Shown: positions 29,888-40,915, numbered from the stretch's first letter. The stretch: DNA of 64,000 nucleotides from Desulfosudaceae bacterium (GCA_963674745.2 CAXXDV010000001.1:1568001-1632000), one strand, 5' to 3'. Program-made: numbers and translations. The notes: generated from the letters alone by a model not told the origin.

Positions 29888-32443
29888 ATGAAACGTATAA
29901 ATGCAGTTCTATTAATTGTTTTATGGGTGGTCTTTCTTTCACCCGGTCTTACCGCAGCCGGAACAGGTGAAGAAGATATTATCCCGACTGTTAAATCAAG
30001 CACCCCGGTTAACCCGGATTTATTTAAGAGCGTGGTGCCCGACTACGCTCGAGCCGTCGGTGATGTGTTGACGGTTTCAATCGATTCCAGCGGGTTCCCG
30101 GTCATTCTGTTGACGGTCACGCTTCAGAGTTCAACCGGAGACCCCATCAGCAATTTGATGATCGATGACTTTCAGGTGTCCGAACAGTCTGACCAGGAAA
30201 GCGCACCGACCGTTGAAGCCATTGATTCAGTAAATGAAACCGTTGAAAGCAGCGGCGCTTCACTGGGCTTGTTGTTCGACCTCAGCGGCAGCATGCTGTT
30301 AAATGGACGTGTCGACATGGCCAGGCAGGATGCCTTGTGCTTGTTAGATCTAATGGGATCAAATGATCGTGTCATGCTGATGTCGTTTTCCGGACCTGGT
30401 TCAGCGATGGAAATTCTGCCCCCCGGCCCGTTTACCCGGGATGCGGATGGAAACGGCCGGTATGACATTATCGAAGCGGTGAACAGCCTGTCGACGACAA
30501 AAGGCTTCAGCACAGCTGTTTACGATGCCGTGGGCATGGCAATCAGCGCCATGCAGGCGGAATCTCAGCCAAAGGGCATCGTGCTGTTCTCTGACGGCCT
30601 GTCAAACAACGATAATGTCTATGACATTAATGCTGCCATTCAAATGGCAACAAACGCCGGTATTCCTGTTGCGACACTGATTTATGGGAATGAAAACCAG
30701 CAGATTGACGGCCTTGCCGCCGGAACCGGCGGGGTGGCGTTTAATGACCCGGCCTGTCAGGACATGGACGGACTCTACAATTCATATACAACCGCTACAA
30801 CCAGCACCTATACCATCACCTATACCTCCCATAATCCTGAAGAAGACGGAACCAATCGTACGGTGAACGTGACTTATGACGGCGCTACGGGTACGGCGAC
30901 TTATGCGGTCTCCGGAACAACGCCGGTTGAGCCGGGCCAGTGCACCGAAAATTGTGGTGGTGGAACGGGCTGTTTTGTGCAAACCATGGGCGGTAATACG
31001 CTTTCCAGTCTTCGGGTTTTTTCGTATGTTTTGTTCTCGGCGCTGGTGGCGGGGCTGATTCTCTTTTTGCTCAGGCGATTTTCCGCCAGGCAGAACATCA
31101 CTTTTCTGCTGGTGATTTTTGTCCTGGCCCTGTCGGGCATGGCAAACAATCCGGCACAGGCCGGTTTGCGCAAAGGCGCCTTTTCCATCAGTCCCATGGC
31201 CGGTATTTATTATTTTGATGATGACCAGGAAATCGAAAAAGACCCTGTGGCCGGTTTCGGTCTTGGTTATCAGTTTGCCGATAACTGGGGCGTCGAACTT
31301 ATGTTGAACCATGGCCGGTATGATTATCATTACCTGGTGGCCGCCCAGTGCCTTTGCGAGACGGATGATGTCAGCGCCGACCTGGGAAGAATTGACTTGT
31401 TATATCATCTGTGGCCGGAAAGCGACCTGGTGCCGTATCTGGCTGTCGGCTTCGGGGGCATAAGCCTTGATTTTGACAGTTTTGATAAAGAAGACGACAT
31501 TTTTGCCGATTACGGCGGCGGTCTTCTCTACTTTTTGTCCGAGGACATCGCCTTTCGGGCTGATGTGCGGGGAATACACACCTTTGACGATTCTTACAAC
31601 AATCTGGCCGCTACGGTCGGCGTTTCTTTTCTGTTGGGTGGAAAACACAAAGCCGGTGCGCCCTGCGAAACGGCGGCAAAGCCTGTTCCGCCCACAACCC
31701 CTGTTGGAAAAGGGGCAATTGCCCCGGCCCCGGTTATGGCCGCCAGACCGGCCGACTTTCATATCCTGTTCGATTTTAACAAAACGGCGGTTAATCCAAA
31801 ATACTATAATAATTTCAAATCGGTAGCAGATTACCTGAAGGCCTATAAGCAAATTGTGTTAAGGATTGAGGGGTATGCCGACGCCATCGGTTCAGAGGCC
31901 TATAACCAGGCGCTTTCTCTGCGTCGGGCACAAAGCGTCAGCGCTTATCTGTCCACCAACTTTAATGTATCACGGTCACGAATGTACGTTGTCGGATTAG
32001 GTGAGCAGCATCCGGTTGCCGACAACAGCACCAGAGAAGGTCGGCGCCTGAACCGGCGGGCGGAATTGAATTATCTGGTTCCTGTGGCCACACCTCCGGA
32101 GGTCGGTTTTGACATCCGGTTCGGGTTTGACAAAACGGACGTCAACCCGGCCCTGGCGGGCAGTTTTGAACAGGTGGCCGAATATCTGAATAATTATAAC
32201 GAAATCGTATTGGGTATAGAAGGTAATACCGACGTCACCGGCCCCCAGTCATATAACCGCGAACTTTCCATGCGTCGGGCCTTGAGCGTCGGTAACTATC
32301 TGTCCGCAAGCTTCAATATTCCGTATTCACGGATGCAGTTTGCCGGTTTCGGCGAAAGCAGCCCCACGGCTGATAATGCGACGTTGACAGGCCGGAGGGC
32401 GAATCGCCGCGTTGATTTAAAGTGTTTTAAAGTGGCAGAATAG
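29888..32443 (+). CDS. VWA-domain / OmpA-family fusion protein (beta-barrel plus two OmpA C-terminal domains)
   Basis: MIDAS DLSGS..T..SDG; GGGTGCF plus two hydrophobic segments; barrel strands; two N..LS.RRA..V / NRR peptidoglycan-binding domains. Confidence 0.85.
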   Translation: MKRINAVLLIVLWVVFLSPGLTAAGTGEEDIIPTVKSSTPVNPDLFKSVVPDYARAVGDVLTVSIDSSGFPVILLTVTLQSSTGDPISNLMIDDFQVSEQSDQESAPTVEAIDSVNETVESSGASLGLLFDLSGSMLLNGRVDMARQDALCLLDLMGSNDRVMLMSFSGPGSAMEILPPGPFTRDADGNGRYDIIEAVNSLSTTKGFSTAVYDAVGMAISAMQAESQPKGIVLFSDGLSNNDNVYDINAAIQMATNAGIPVATLIYGNENQQIDGLAAGTGGVAFNDPACQDMDGLYNSYTTATTSTYTITYTSHNPEEDGTNRTVNVTYDGATGTATYAVSGTTPVEPGQCTENCGGGTGCFVQTMGGNTLSSLRVFSYVLFSALVAGLILFLLRRFSARQNITFLLVIFVLALSGMANNPAQAGLRKGAFSISPMAGIYYFDDDQEIEKDPVAGFGLGYQFADNWGVELMLNHGRYDYHYLVAAQCLCETDDVSADLGRIDLLYHLWPESDLVPYLAVGFGGISLDFDSFDKEDDIFADYGGGLLYFLSEDIAFRADVRGIHTFDDSYNNLAATVGVSFLLGGKHKAGAPCETAAKPVPPTTPVGKGAIAPAPVMAARPADFHILFDFNKTAVNPKYYNNFKSVADYLKAYKQIVLRIEGYADAIGSEAYNQALSLRRAQSVSAYLSTNFNVSRSRMYVVGLGEQHPVADNSTREGRRLNRRAELNYLVPVATPPEVGFDIRFGFDKTDVNPALAGSFEQVAEYLNNYNEIVLGIEGNTDVTGPQSYNRELSMRRALSVGNYLSASFNIPYSRMQFAGFGESSPTADNATLTGRRANRRVDLKCFKVAE

Positions 32444-32471
32444 TTTTCCTGCCGTTACATACGTTTAGCTG

Positions 32472-32510
32472 AAAAAAGAGGGCGAACAAAAAGTTCGCCC
32501 TCTTTTTTTT
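32472..32510 (+). terminator. Intrinsic terminator
   Basis: aaaaaagagggcgaac-aaaaa-gttcgccctc followed by a T run. Confidence 0.85.
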
Positions 32511-33019
32511 GCCTCTATGGCATCCGGGCTGCCTTTGTGTTTAAATATCCTGTTATTCCGATATTTTATATTGGCATCGGCCTGCCAGATGCTTTTTGTG
32601 TTTATGGTATCCCGGCTGGTCGTGACTTGAAATGTGATACGCTTGTAAAAAGTCAAAGGCTAATATTTTATTATTTAAAGAAAAAGGCGGATTAGGGAAT
32701 AATTCTATTTTTTGGTAGGAATTAAGGGGGAAAGTACAAGGCATTAATTTGTCATTAAGTCGCGTCGTTTCTTGCTTTTTTTGACTTTTTCACTTGACTT
32801 TTGAAGCTGTTTTTTGATAAAAAAATCACTTGTAAAAATGTTTTTGGGGAAGGAAAAGACTACCACAATATGCAAAAGGGCTTTTTTAGCGGGCGGAGCG
32901 CATGCGCCCCGGGGCGTACTTAAGGCGTATTTCTGCTTTCGGTCGTTCTTTTACTGAAAAGCCTTGTTTGCGATTTGATTACAGGACCATCTTTATTGTC
33001 TGCCGGAAAAGGAGAAACT

Positions 33020-34282
33020 ATGAAAAAGATATTTCTTGTGGTTCTAATGGCTGGTGTGCTGTCGGTTTCCGTTGCGGGGGCGGAAGATTTGAATGATGCC
33101 GTAACAGGCATGCTGGCGTCACATGACCGGATGGCCGCGGCTGAAGCGGATGTCTTGGCGGCCGAGAATTCCGCCAGAGTGGCGCTGGGGGGATGGTTTC
33201 CAAACATATCCCTGACCGGGGAGTACGGCGCTTCCAGAAACCATTACGAAGATACGGATATCATGCATCTGGACCCGGCCCTGTTCGAGGCCAGGCTGAC
33301 CCAGCGTCTCTGGGACTTCGGCAAAACAAACGGCGAGGTTCGTAAAGCCAAAGCCGCATATGAGCGGGCACTGGCTGCAAGAGACAATACCCGGCAGGAA
33401 TTGATTTTAGAAGGCGTAACCGCCTACCTCAAGCTCAAGCAGGCTGAAGAGCTGTTAAAGTACTCCAGAAAATCTGTGGAAAATATCAAAGAACAAACCA
33501 GCATGGAAAGCACCCGGATTTCCGCCGGTCAGGGGTACTCAACCGACGTGTTGCAGGCCAAGGCCCAGCTTCTTGGCGCCGAGGCCAGATTGAGCCGGGT
33601 GGAAGGCATGCTCCAGGGCGCCAAAAACAGGGTGCTGAACGCTTTTAAACGACCGGCCGGAGAAATTTCCGCGCTCACCATGGGTGAGTCGGTTGTCAAG
33701 CTTCTGCCGGCAACCCTGGAGGAGGCCGAGGGTGTTGCCTTAAAAGCCAATCCCAGACTCAAAGTGGCTGACGCCATTGTCCAGGAAGCCGAAGAAAACG
33801 CCAATACCCGCACGGCCGGGGCTTACTATCCCACCATCAACGGTGTGCTGGACTATAACTACAAAGATGACTACGGCGCCATCGAAGGCTGGCGAAAAGA
33901 AGGGCTGGCCAAGGTCGAAGTGAGATATGATTTTGATCTGGGCTTTACATCCGTGAACGTCTCAAAAGCGGCTGATGAAACCTATAAAGCCGCTTTGAAA
34001 GGCCGGGAAGATGTGAAACAGCAGGTCCTTGAAAACGTCCGCAATGCCTGGCAGAATGTTCTGACGGCCGACAAGAACGCCAGGCTGTTAAGAGACCAGG
34101 CCGATATCGTGGCCCAGTTTCTGGAACTGGCCCGTAAAGAACGGAAGATGGGACGGCGTTCGCTGCTTGATGTGCTGAGCGCAGAAGTCTCCCTGATCAA
34201 TGCCCGCAGCGACGCGGCCGCGGCTGAGGCCGATGTGAATGTTTATGCCTATACCCTGATGCAGGCCATGGGCAAACTTTAA
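33020..34282 (+). CDS. TolC-family outer membrane channel of a type I secretion system
   Basis: Signal peptide, LTQRLWDFG, GRRSLLDVL; AAGGAG RBS before ATG 33020. Confidence 0.93.
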   Translation: MKKIFLVVLMAGVLSVSVAGAEDLNDAVTGMLASHDRMAAAEADVLAAENSARVALGGWFPNISLTGEYGASRNHYEDTDIMHLDPALFEARLTQRLWDFGKTNGEVRKAKAAYERALAARDNTRQELILEGVTAYLKLKQAEELLKYSRKSVENIKEQTSMESTRISAGQGYSTDVLQAKAQLLGAEARLSRVEGMLQGAKNRVLNAFKRPAGEISALTMGESVVKLLPATLEEAEGVALKANPRLKVADAIVQEAEENANTRTAGAYYPTINGVLDYNYKDDYGAIEGWRKEGLAKVEVRYDFDLGFTSVNVSKAADETYKAALKGREDVKQQVLENVRNAWQNVLTADKNARLLRDQADIVAQFLELARKERKMGRRSLLDVLSAEVSLINARSDAAAAEADVNVYAYTLMQAMGKL

Positions 34283-34349
34283 TTCGAAAAAAGTGTTTTG
34301 TTAAATATATGGTTTTTGTTTTTGTAGTTTAATTTCTTGGAGGTGCCAG

Positions 34350-37300
34350 ATGGCAGAGACCCAGACTGTATTGACCCAAACCATGACAGCCGCTAAAGCA
34401 GCCTTTCTATCGTCCATGGGGCAGAATGTGCCTTCCATGGATGCCGCTGAGGCCGGTTTTAACGCGATGGAAGCATCTTTTAAGGCGATGTTCGGAGATG
34501 CTCCGGCCGATTTCGCGGAACTGAAAGCCGCGGCCATGGCCCAGTTCAATCAGGCCTTGAGCGACGGCATGTCGGCAGAAAGCGCCTTTAACAGCGCTTT
34601 GGCCAATTTCTCCACCGCCATGGCCGAGACCGATTTTGGCGGACAGACAGAGGGCGGGTCAATCACTCTTGATGAGGTCATCAGCATTTCCAGAGATATT
34701 GACGGAATGCTCGATCTGGGCGATCTGGGGCTGGACGGTGAGTTTGGCGGGTCCGGAAATGGTTATGTCGGCCATGGCGAAGACAATTCCCTTTTCGCAG
34801 GTAAAATCGGCGCCTTCGGCGGCCATCAATATGGCGGAGGCAGCGGGCAGGAGTTTGATGATCCCACTGATTACATGCTACATGGTGGTGGAGACGGTCC
34901 GGGTCCGGGTCCGGGTCCGGGTCCTGGTCCGGGTCCTGGTCCGGGAACGCCGGCCTCTTTTGCCATCCAGGCCGATGTCGCTTCTGTCCTTGAAGGCGAT
35001 TCCGGCACTACGCTTTATACATTCACGGTTACCCGGGCCGGAGATACCGGCGGCACCCATCAGGTCGACTGGGATGTGTCCGGCAGCGGCACCAATCCGG
35101 CCGACAACGCGGATTTTTCCGGTTTGCTGATGCCGTCCGGCATGCTGACTTTTGCGCCCGGCGAGACCACCAAGACCATTACCGTGGAGATTGCCGGCGA
35201 TATGATGGTTGAGAACACGGAAACCTTTACCGTAAATCTTTCAAATCCCACCGGCACCGGATCCCAGATCACCACCGCCTCGGCCCAGGGCACCATCATT
35301 AATGATGATGCCGGTGATACTGGTGACGGAGCCCTGTTTACCATTGCCGCCGACAGTCCGGTGGACCAGAAAGAGATGGATACCGGTGAGACAACCTATT
35401 ATACCTTTAATGTCAACCGGTCCGGTAATACCGACGTTGAACACACCATTGACTGGAAGGTGATCGGCAGCGGAGACCATCCGGCTGATGCCATTGACTT
35501 CGGCGGTGTGATGCCGGGCGGTGTCCTGACCTTTGCCGCCGGTGAAACCACCAAAACCATTACCGTGGAAGTGGCTGGAGACCTGGACATTGAAGACCAC
35601 GAAACTTTTGAGGTTATCATTTTCAACGCTTCCGGCGGCGCCCAGATCGGCATGCCCTTTGTGCTGGCCACGATTGTAAACAATGACAGCCCGGTTGGGA
35701 CGGACCCCTGTGCCCCCTGCACCCTGCAGGCGGTTAACATGGCCACCGCGACGACGAATATCACCCTGACCGGTGATGATTTTTGTGACTACCTGCAAGT
35801 CAACCTGACCAATACAACCGGCGGTGTCAGCGGCTATAACATCAACCTGGACGGCATGGCCTGCGGAGACACGATCATTCCCAGATTGATCGGCAGCAAT
35901 GTCTCAAACAACAGTGTTAACATTCTGGGCGGGGACAGCAGCGATACCATCAGGGTCACCATGCAGGCGTCGGACGCTTCTTCCGGTTCCTGGGGATCGG
36001 CATCGGCCGATGTCAACGGCAATATCATCAACATTGATGCCGGGGCCTGCAATGATAACGTGTCGGTCCTTTTAGGGGCATATGCCCAGGCCAGCAATAC
36101 GGGTTCGACTTCGGCCGCTGTCAGTTCCGTTACGGCCTCTGTCTATTCCAATAACGTCGTCATGCTGGGCGGCACCGGCAACGACACCCTCTCTCTGACC
36201 CTGGAGGCCGAGGCCACAGCTTATGCCAGCGCCTCATCGCCGGCTTCTTCCGCGACCGCTTCTGCTTATTCTGCCAATGCTTCCATTTACAGCAATATCG
36301 TCACCATGTCCGGCCAGGATGGCAATGACACCCTGACCGCCATGCTCAGGGCGTCGGCAAGAAGTTCCGCCATTGCCCATGCCGGCGGAACCCATGATGC
36401 TCAAGCTTCGGCTGCCTACTACTCACCCGAGGCATCTGTATACAATAACACCATCAATATGCATGGCGGCACAGGCTATGATATGCTCAGCCTAACCCTT
36501 TCAGCCGATGTTGCCGTTTACGCTTTTGCCTCTGCGGCCTTAGGCTCCGCTTCAATCACCGAAGCCGTTGAAGAAAATGCCTATGCTTATGTGTACAGCA
36601 ACCATGTTTCCATGACCGGCGGTGATGGAAATGACACCCTGTCCGCCAGGCTGGCCGCGAATCTGCATGTAACCGCCTCCGCCATTGGTTACAGTGATGC
36701 TTTAGTCGACACAGTTGCGTCCGGTTATCTTACAGCCATTGTTTCCAGCAACACCGTCACCATGGACGGCGGGGCCGGCAACGACACCCTGAGCCTGAAT
36801 GCCACGGCTGATATGTCAATTTACGCACTCGCGTCAGCAGAAACAGGCTCTGCTGCCGTTTATTACGTCTGTTATTCATATGTTTATAACTCTGTTGATA
36901 GCAATACCTTCAACCTGCTCGGCGGTGATGGAGACGACTCACTCTCCGCCCTTTTGGCGGCTAACGGCAGGTTAACGGCATCGGCCATTGGCAGCACAAG
37001 CGCGTCGTTATATTCTATCGCTTATTATACCCTTTCCGCGTATGTCGGCAGCAACGATGTTTTCATGACCGGCGGTGATGGAAATGACACCCTGAGCCTG
37101 ACCGCCGCAGCTGACTGGTCGATATACGGACTTGCTTCGGCTGATTCTGGCAATGCCTACATTTATTATTTTCTTTACTATTCTGTCTTAGCCACTGTCG
37201 AGAGCAACGACTTTACCATGACCGGCGGCGCCGGAAACGACTCGCTGTCCGCTTTACTGGCGGCCGATATCCAGGTGACGGCATCGCTTCTTGCCGGTGA

Positions 37301-40300
37301 TGGATATGCGACCATGAGCTACGTCAATTATTCCTACGCCACCGCCTCCGTTCACAGCAACTATGTCAGTATGGACGGCGGCGCCGGCATGGACACTCTG
37401 ACGCTGGGTCTTATGGCCGAAAATAACATCTACGTATATGCCTCGGCACAGAGCGATTCAGCCGAAGCCAGTATATACTACTATGTCCAGGCTGACATCT
37501 CGGGAAATACCATTCACATGTTCGGCGGCGGTAGCCACGACGAACTGGATCTTCAGCTGATGGCCAATGCCCAGGCCCGGGCAACCGCGATCGCTAACGG
37601 CCCCGGTGGAACCAGCTACGGCGCGGATGCTGTCGCCTATACGGTTACCGCTTCCATAAACCATAACACCATCACCATGACCGGCGGGACCGATGCCGCC
37701 AACGACACCCTGACCGCCATGCTGGCAGCTTCTGCCAAAGCCACGGCTATTGCCGTCGGCGGAACCGGAACATCGGGTGCGAGTGCATCCGCATACTATG
37801 CCTACGCCTATGTTTCCTACAATGATATTAGCATGGACGCCGGCCCGGGCGATGACACCCTGTCCCTCACCCTTTTCGCCGATGCCCAGGTTTATGCCGA
37901 CGCCTCGGCGCCGTCAGGGGATGCGTCTGCTTATGGTTACGATGCGACTGCCTATGTCACAAACAACACCATTGACATGTACGGCGGCGCGGGCAATGAT
38001 TCACTCTCGGCCCTGCTGACCGCTTCTGCCAGAATCACGGCTTTTGCCGAAGCCGGAGATTCAGGGGATGCGACCGCTTCTGCCTATTCGGCTGAGGCCA
38101 ATATTACCGGCAATGACATTTTTATGGGTGGCGCCTCCGGTACCGACACCCTGTCCCTGGGCCTTTTGGCCCGGGCCGCGCTCTATGCATCGGCTGTGGC
38201 AACATCGTCCGGAGATGCCTTTGCCTCTAATTATGATGTCGACGCTTCAGTATATTCAAATACCATCACCATGGTTGGTGGCGGCGGGCATGACACCATC
38301 AATCTGACCATAACGGCTGATGTGTCCATGTACGCCCGTGCGGCTGCCACGTCTGGTCATGCCTCAATCGACTTAGCATCCTCCACGATCTATGCTTATG
38401 TCGCCAGCAACAATATTTCCATGCTCGGCAGCGGCGGTGACGATAATCTGTTCGCCCTGATGAGCGCCCATATTAACGGTACGGCCTCCGTTCTGGCCGG
38501 TGGTACCAGTGGTGTCAGCGGCTCGGCGACCATGAGCTATGACCCGTATTATTATATTTATGCCAGCAATGTCAGTAACACCGTTTTCATGGGCGGCGGG
38601 ACCGGTAACGACACCCTCGGCCTGACCATGGCGGCCCGCATGGAATTTGACTTCCTGGCTTCAGCAGCATCCTATTCCGCCAGCATCAATGAACCCTTTT
38701 ACTCCACGGCCAGCGCCAATGTCTCCAACAACACCGTTACCATGACCGGCGGATCCGGAAACGATACCCTGACGGCACGGTTGACCGCCAGCTTTGCGGC
38801 CGCTTTTACGGCCCGGGCCGGCGGCACCGGTTCAGCAAGCATTGATTCTGCCCCGTACTATTATATTTACGCTGATAATAACGATAACATTATTTTCATG
38901 TACGGTAGCGGCGGCGATGATACCCTGGGACTGACCATGGCGGCCAACATGACGTTCTCCTTCCTGGCTTCCGCAGAATCCAGTGATGCCACCATATCTT
39001 CCGCGCCTTACTCCACGGTCAGCGCCAATGTTTACAGCAACGATATATCCATGACCGGCGGCACGGGCGCGGACCATCTGACAGCCCGGCTGAGCGCGCA
39101 CGGCGAGTTTGACTATGCGGCCATTGCCGACAATGGCGGTGATGTCTACATTTATTATGCTCCCTACTCTTATGTCACGGCGTCGGTATACAGCAACGAT
39201 ATTTTTATGGGCGGGGGCACGGGAAATGATGTCCTTACCCTGACCATGGCGGCGGACATGGAACTTGACTATTTAGCTTCCGCACCGATGGGCACAGCCT
39301 CCATATACTCGGGCCTCTATTACACTGCCTACGCCAATGTGTTCAGCAATACCGTAGCCATGACCGGCGGCGACGGCGTTGACTCCATTAACGTTCTGCT
39401 GGCCGCTTCAATCAGGGTTGACGAGTCCGTCATTGCCGGTAACGACGCCAGTATATATTATGGTTGTTATTACGCGCCTTACGCGGAGGTTTACAGCAAT
39501 GATGTTGACATGTTCGGCAACGCCGGCAACGACTCCCTGAACCTGACGCTGGCGGCCCAGGCCACGGTCCATGTCTTTGCAAACGCAGGATCATCCGCCA
39601 TTGCTTCAAATTATTATGGCGGCTCCGCGCTGGTAAGCAGTAATACAATTTCCATGACAGGTGGGACCGGCAACGACAGCCTTCATGCTTTACTGACAGC
39701 CGTCGACAACATTACCGGCACAGCCTACGGCGATACATCCGCTAATGCATATGCTTATGATGGGCAAGCCTTTATCAGCAATAACACGCTTAATATGTTT
39801 GGCAGCAGTGGCCAAGATCTTTTGTCTGCCACGTTTGCGGCCTGGGGGTCAGCCGATGCCTTGGCCAGAGCAGTAACCGTTTCAGCCAGTGCCTATGCCT
39901 CGGCCTCGGTTTCTGCCACTATACAAAGCAACAACCTTCTCATGTCAGGCGGTTCGGGCAACGATACGCTTTCGGCTGCGTTTTCCGCAGGAGCCAATGC
40001 CTCGGCAACTGCGGTGGCACCGGGCTTCCTCGGCAGCGCCAGCGCTGATGCCTCTGCTTACGCCTATGTAAGCAACAATAGCATCACCATGATCGGCGGT
40101 AGTGGAACAGGCCACCTGTCCCTGACCTTGAAGGCGACGGCATCGGCCTTTGCATGGGCGAATTCCCCGGGTTCCGAAAGTGCAAGTGCTTCTGTCGATG
40201 CCAGAGTCAATAACAATGTCGTCGATATGAACGGCGGATCAGGCAGTGACACCCTGTCGTTGAACATGACCGCCTCGGCCTTTGCCTCAGCCTCGGCCTC

Positions 40301-40898
40301 TGTCACCTCCGTATCGGCAACGGCCAGTATTACCGGAAACACCGTGCGGATGTCCGGTGGCAGCGGCACAGACCACATGAGCCTGGCGGTTAATATCAGC
40401 GCCACACAGTCGGCATTTTCCGGAAACGTATTCACCCTGACCGGCGGGTCCGGTAACGACCACATCAACATTGCCTTTGACGTGGCCTCCGGTCCGACCC
40501 TCACCAACAATACCGCCGTGGTCTGGGGTGGGGTTGGCAGCGATACCATCTCCATCGCGGCCGATACTTCGGATGCCATGTTTATCTTCAAATATGCGGG
40601 TACGAATGAGCTCGGAGACAACATCAATGGATTGACGGCCGGCCACAGCATTGGCTTCTCGTTCAATAATACCGCATTTAACGGCACGGCTACAGTTATC
40701 CCGGGTGTCCTGAACACGGATTGTTTTGTCCTCGGCACCGCATCTGCAGCTGCTGATGCCAATGATTTCTGGATCTATAACTCGGCTACCAACGCCCTTT
40801 ATTATGACGCCGACGCCAATGGCGCCGGGGCGGCCGTCCAGGTGGCTCAGTTTGATGCCAATGTGGGCCTGACAGCAGGACATATATCGTTCTACTAA
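34350..40898 (+). CDS. 2182-aa RTX-like T1SS passenger (two Calx-beta domains plus about 35 spaced GGxGxD repeats)
   Basis: LTFAPGETTKTITV Calx-beta motif twice; GGxGNDxL motifs; C-terminal IYN..T.ALYYDADANG secretion-signal-like segment; no Sec signal peptide. Confidence 0.9.
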   Translation: MAETQTVLTQTMTAAKAAFLSSMGQNVPSMDAAEAGFNAMEASFKAMFGDAPADFAELKAAAMAQFNQALSDGMSAESAFNSALANFSTAMAETDFGGQTEGGSITLDEVISISRDIDGMLDLGDLGLDGEFGGSGNGYVGHGEDNSLFAGKIGAFGGHQYGGGSGQEFDDPTDYMLHGGGDGPGPGPGPGPGPGPGPGTPASFAIQADVASVLEGDSGTTLYTFTVTRAGDTGGTHQVDWDVSGSGTNPADNADFSGLLMPSGMLTFAPGETTKTITVEIAGDMMVENTETFTVNLSNPTGTGSQITTASAQGTIINDDAGDTGDGALFTIAADSPVDQKEMDTGETTYYTFNVNRSGNTDVEHTIDWKVIGSGDHPADAIDFGGVMPGGVLTFAAGETTKTITVEVAGDLDIEDHETFEVIIFNASGGAQIGMPFVLATIVNNDSPVGTDPCAPCTLQAVNMATATTNITLTGDDFCDYLQVNLTNTTGGVSGYNINLDGMACGDTIIPRLIGSNVSNNSVNILGGDSSDTIRVTMQASDASSGSWGSASADVNGNIINIDAGACNDNVSVLLGAYAQASNTGSTSAAVSSVTASVYSNNVVMLGGTGNDTLSLTLEAEATAYASASSPASSATASAYSANASIYSNIVTMSGQDGNDTLTAMLRASARSSAIAHAGGTHDAQASAAYYSPEASVYNNTINMHGGTGYDMLSLTLSADVAVYAFASAALGSASITEAVEENAYAYVYSNHVSMTGGDGNDTLSARLAANLHVTASAIGYSDALVDTVASGYLTAIVSSNTVTMDGGAGNDTLSLNATADMSIYALASAETGSAAVYYVCYSYVYNSVDSNTFNLLGGDGDDSLSALLAANGRLTASAIGSTSASLYSIAYYTLSAYVGSNDVFMTGGDGNDTLSLTAAADWSIYGLASADSGNAYIYYFLYYSVLATVESNDFTMTGGAGNDSLSALLAADIQVTASLLAGDGYATMSYVNYSYATASVHSNYVSMDGGAGMDTLTLGLMAENNIYVYASAQSDSAEASIYYYVQADISGNTIHMFGGGSHDELDLQLMANAQARATAIANGPGGTSYGADAVAYTVTASINHNTITMTGGTDAANDTLTAMLAASAKATAIAVGGTGTSGASASAYYAYAYVSYNDISMDAGPGDDTLSLTLFADAQVYADASAPSGDASAYGYDATAYVTNNTIDMYGGAGNDSLSALLTASARITAFAEAGDSGDATASAYSAEANITGNDIFMGGASGTDTLSLGLLARAALYASAVATSSGDAFASNYDVDASVYSNTITMVGGGGHDTINLTITADVSMYARAAATSGHASIDLASSTIYAYVASNNISMLGSGGDDNLFALMSAHINGTASVLAGGTSGVSGSATMSYDPYYYIYASNVSNTVFMGGGTGNDTLGLTMAARMEFDFLASAASYSASINEPFYSTASANVSNNTVTMTGGSGNDTLTARLTASFAAAFTARAGGTGSASIDSAPYYYIYADNNDNIIFMYGSGGDDTLGLTMAANMTFSFLASAESSDATISSAPYSTVSANVYSNDISMTGGTGADHLTARLSAHGEFDYAAIADNGGDVYIYYAPYSYVTASVYSNDIFMGGGTGNDVLTLTMAADMELDYLASAPMGTASIYSGLYYTAYANVFSNTVAMTGGDGVDSINVLLAASIRVDESVIAGNDASIYYGCYYAPYAEVYSNDVDMFGNAGNDSLNLTLAAQATVHVFANAGSSAIASNYYGGSALVSSNTISMTGGTGNDSLHALLTAVDNITGTAYGDTSANAYAYDGQAFISNNTLNMFGSSGQDLLSATFAAWGSADALARAVTVSASAYASASVSATIQSNNLLMSGGSGNDTLSAAFSAGANASATAVAPGFLGSASADASAYAYVSNNSITMIGGSGTGHLSLTLKATASAFAWANSPGSESASASVDARVNNNVVDMNGGSGSDTLSLNMTASAFASASASVTSVSATASITGNTVRMSGGSGTDHMSLAVNISATQSAFSGNVFTLTGGSGNDHINIAFDVASGPTLTNNTAVVWGGVGSDTISIAADTSDAMFIFKYAGTNELGDNINGLTAGHSIGFSFNNTAFNGTATVIPGVLNTDCFVLGTASAAADANDFWIYNSATNALYYDADANGAGAAVQVAQFDANVGLTAGHISFY
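34896..34943 (+). repeat. (GGTCCG/T)x8 hexamer repeat encoding a (Gly-Pro)8 linker
   Basis: Direct reading of the sequence. Confidence 0.9.
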
Positions 40899-40915
40899 AC
40901 AGCAACAGGGTTTAT

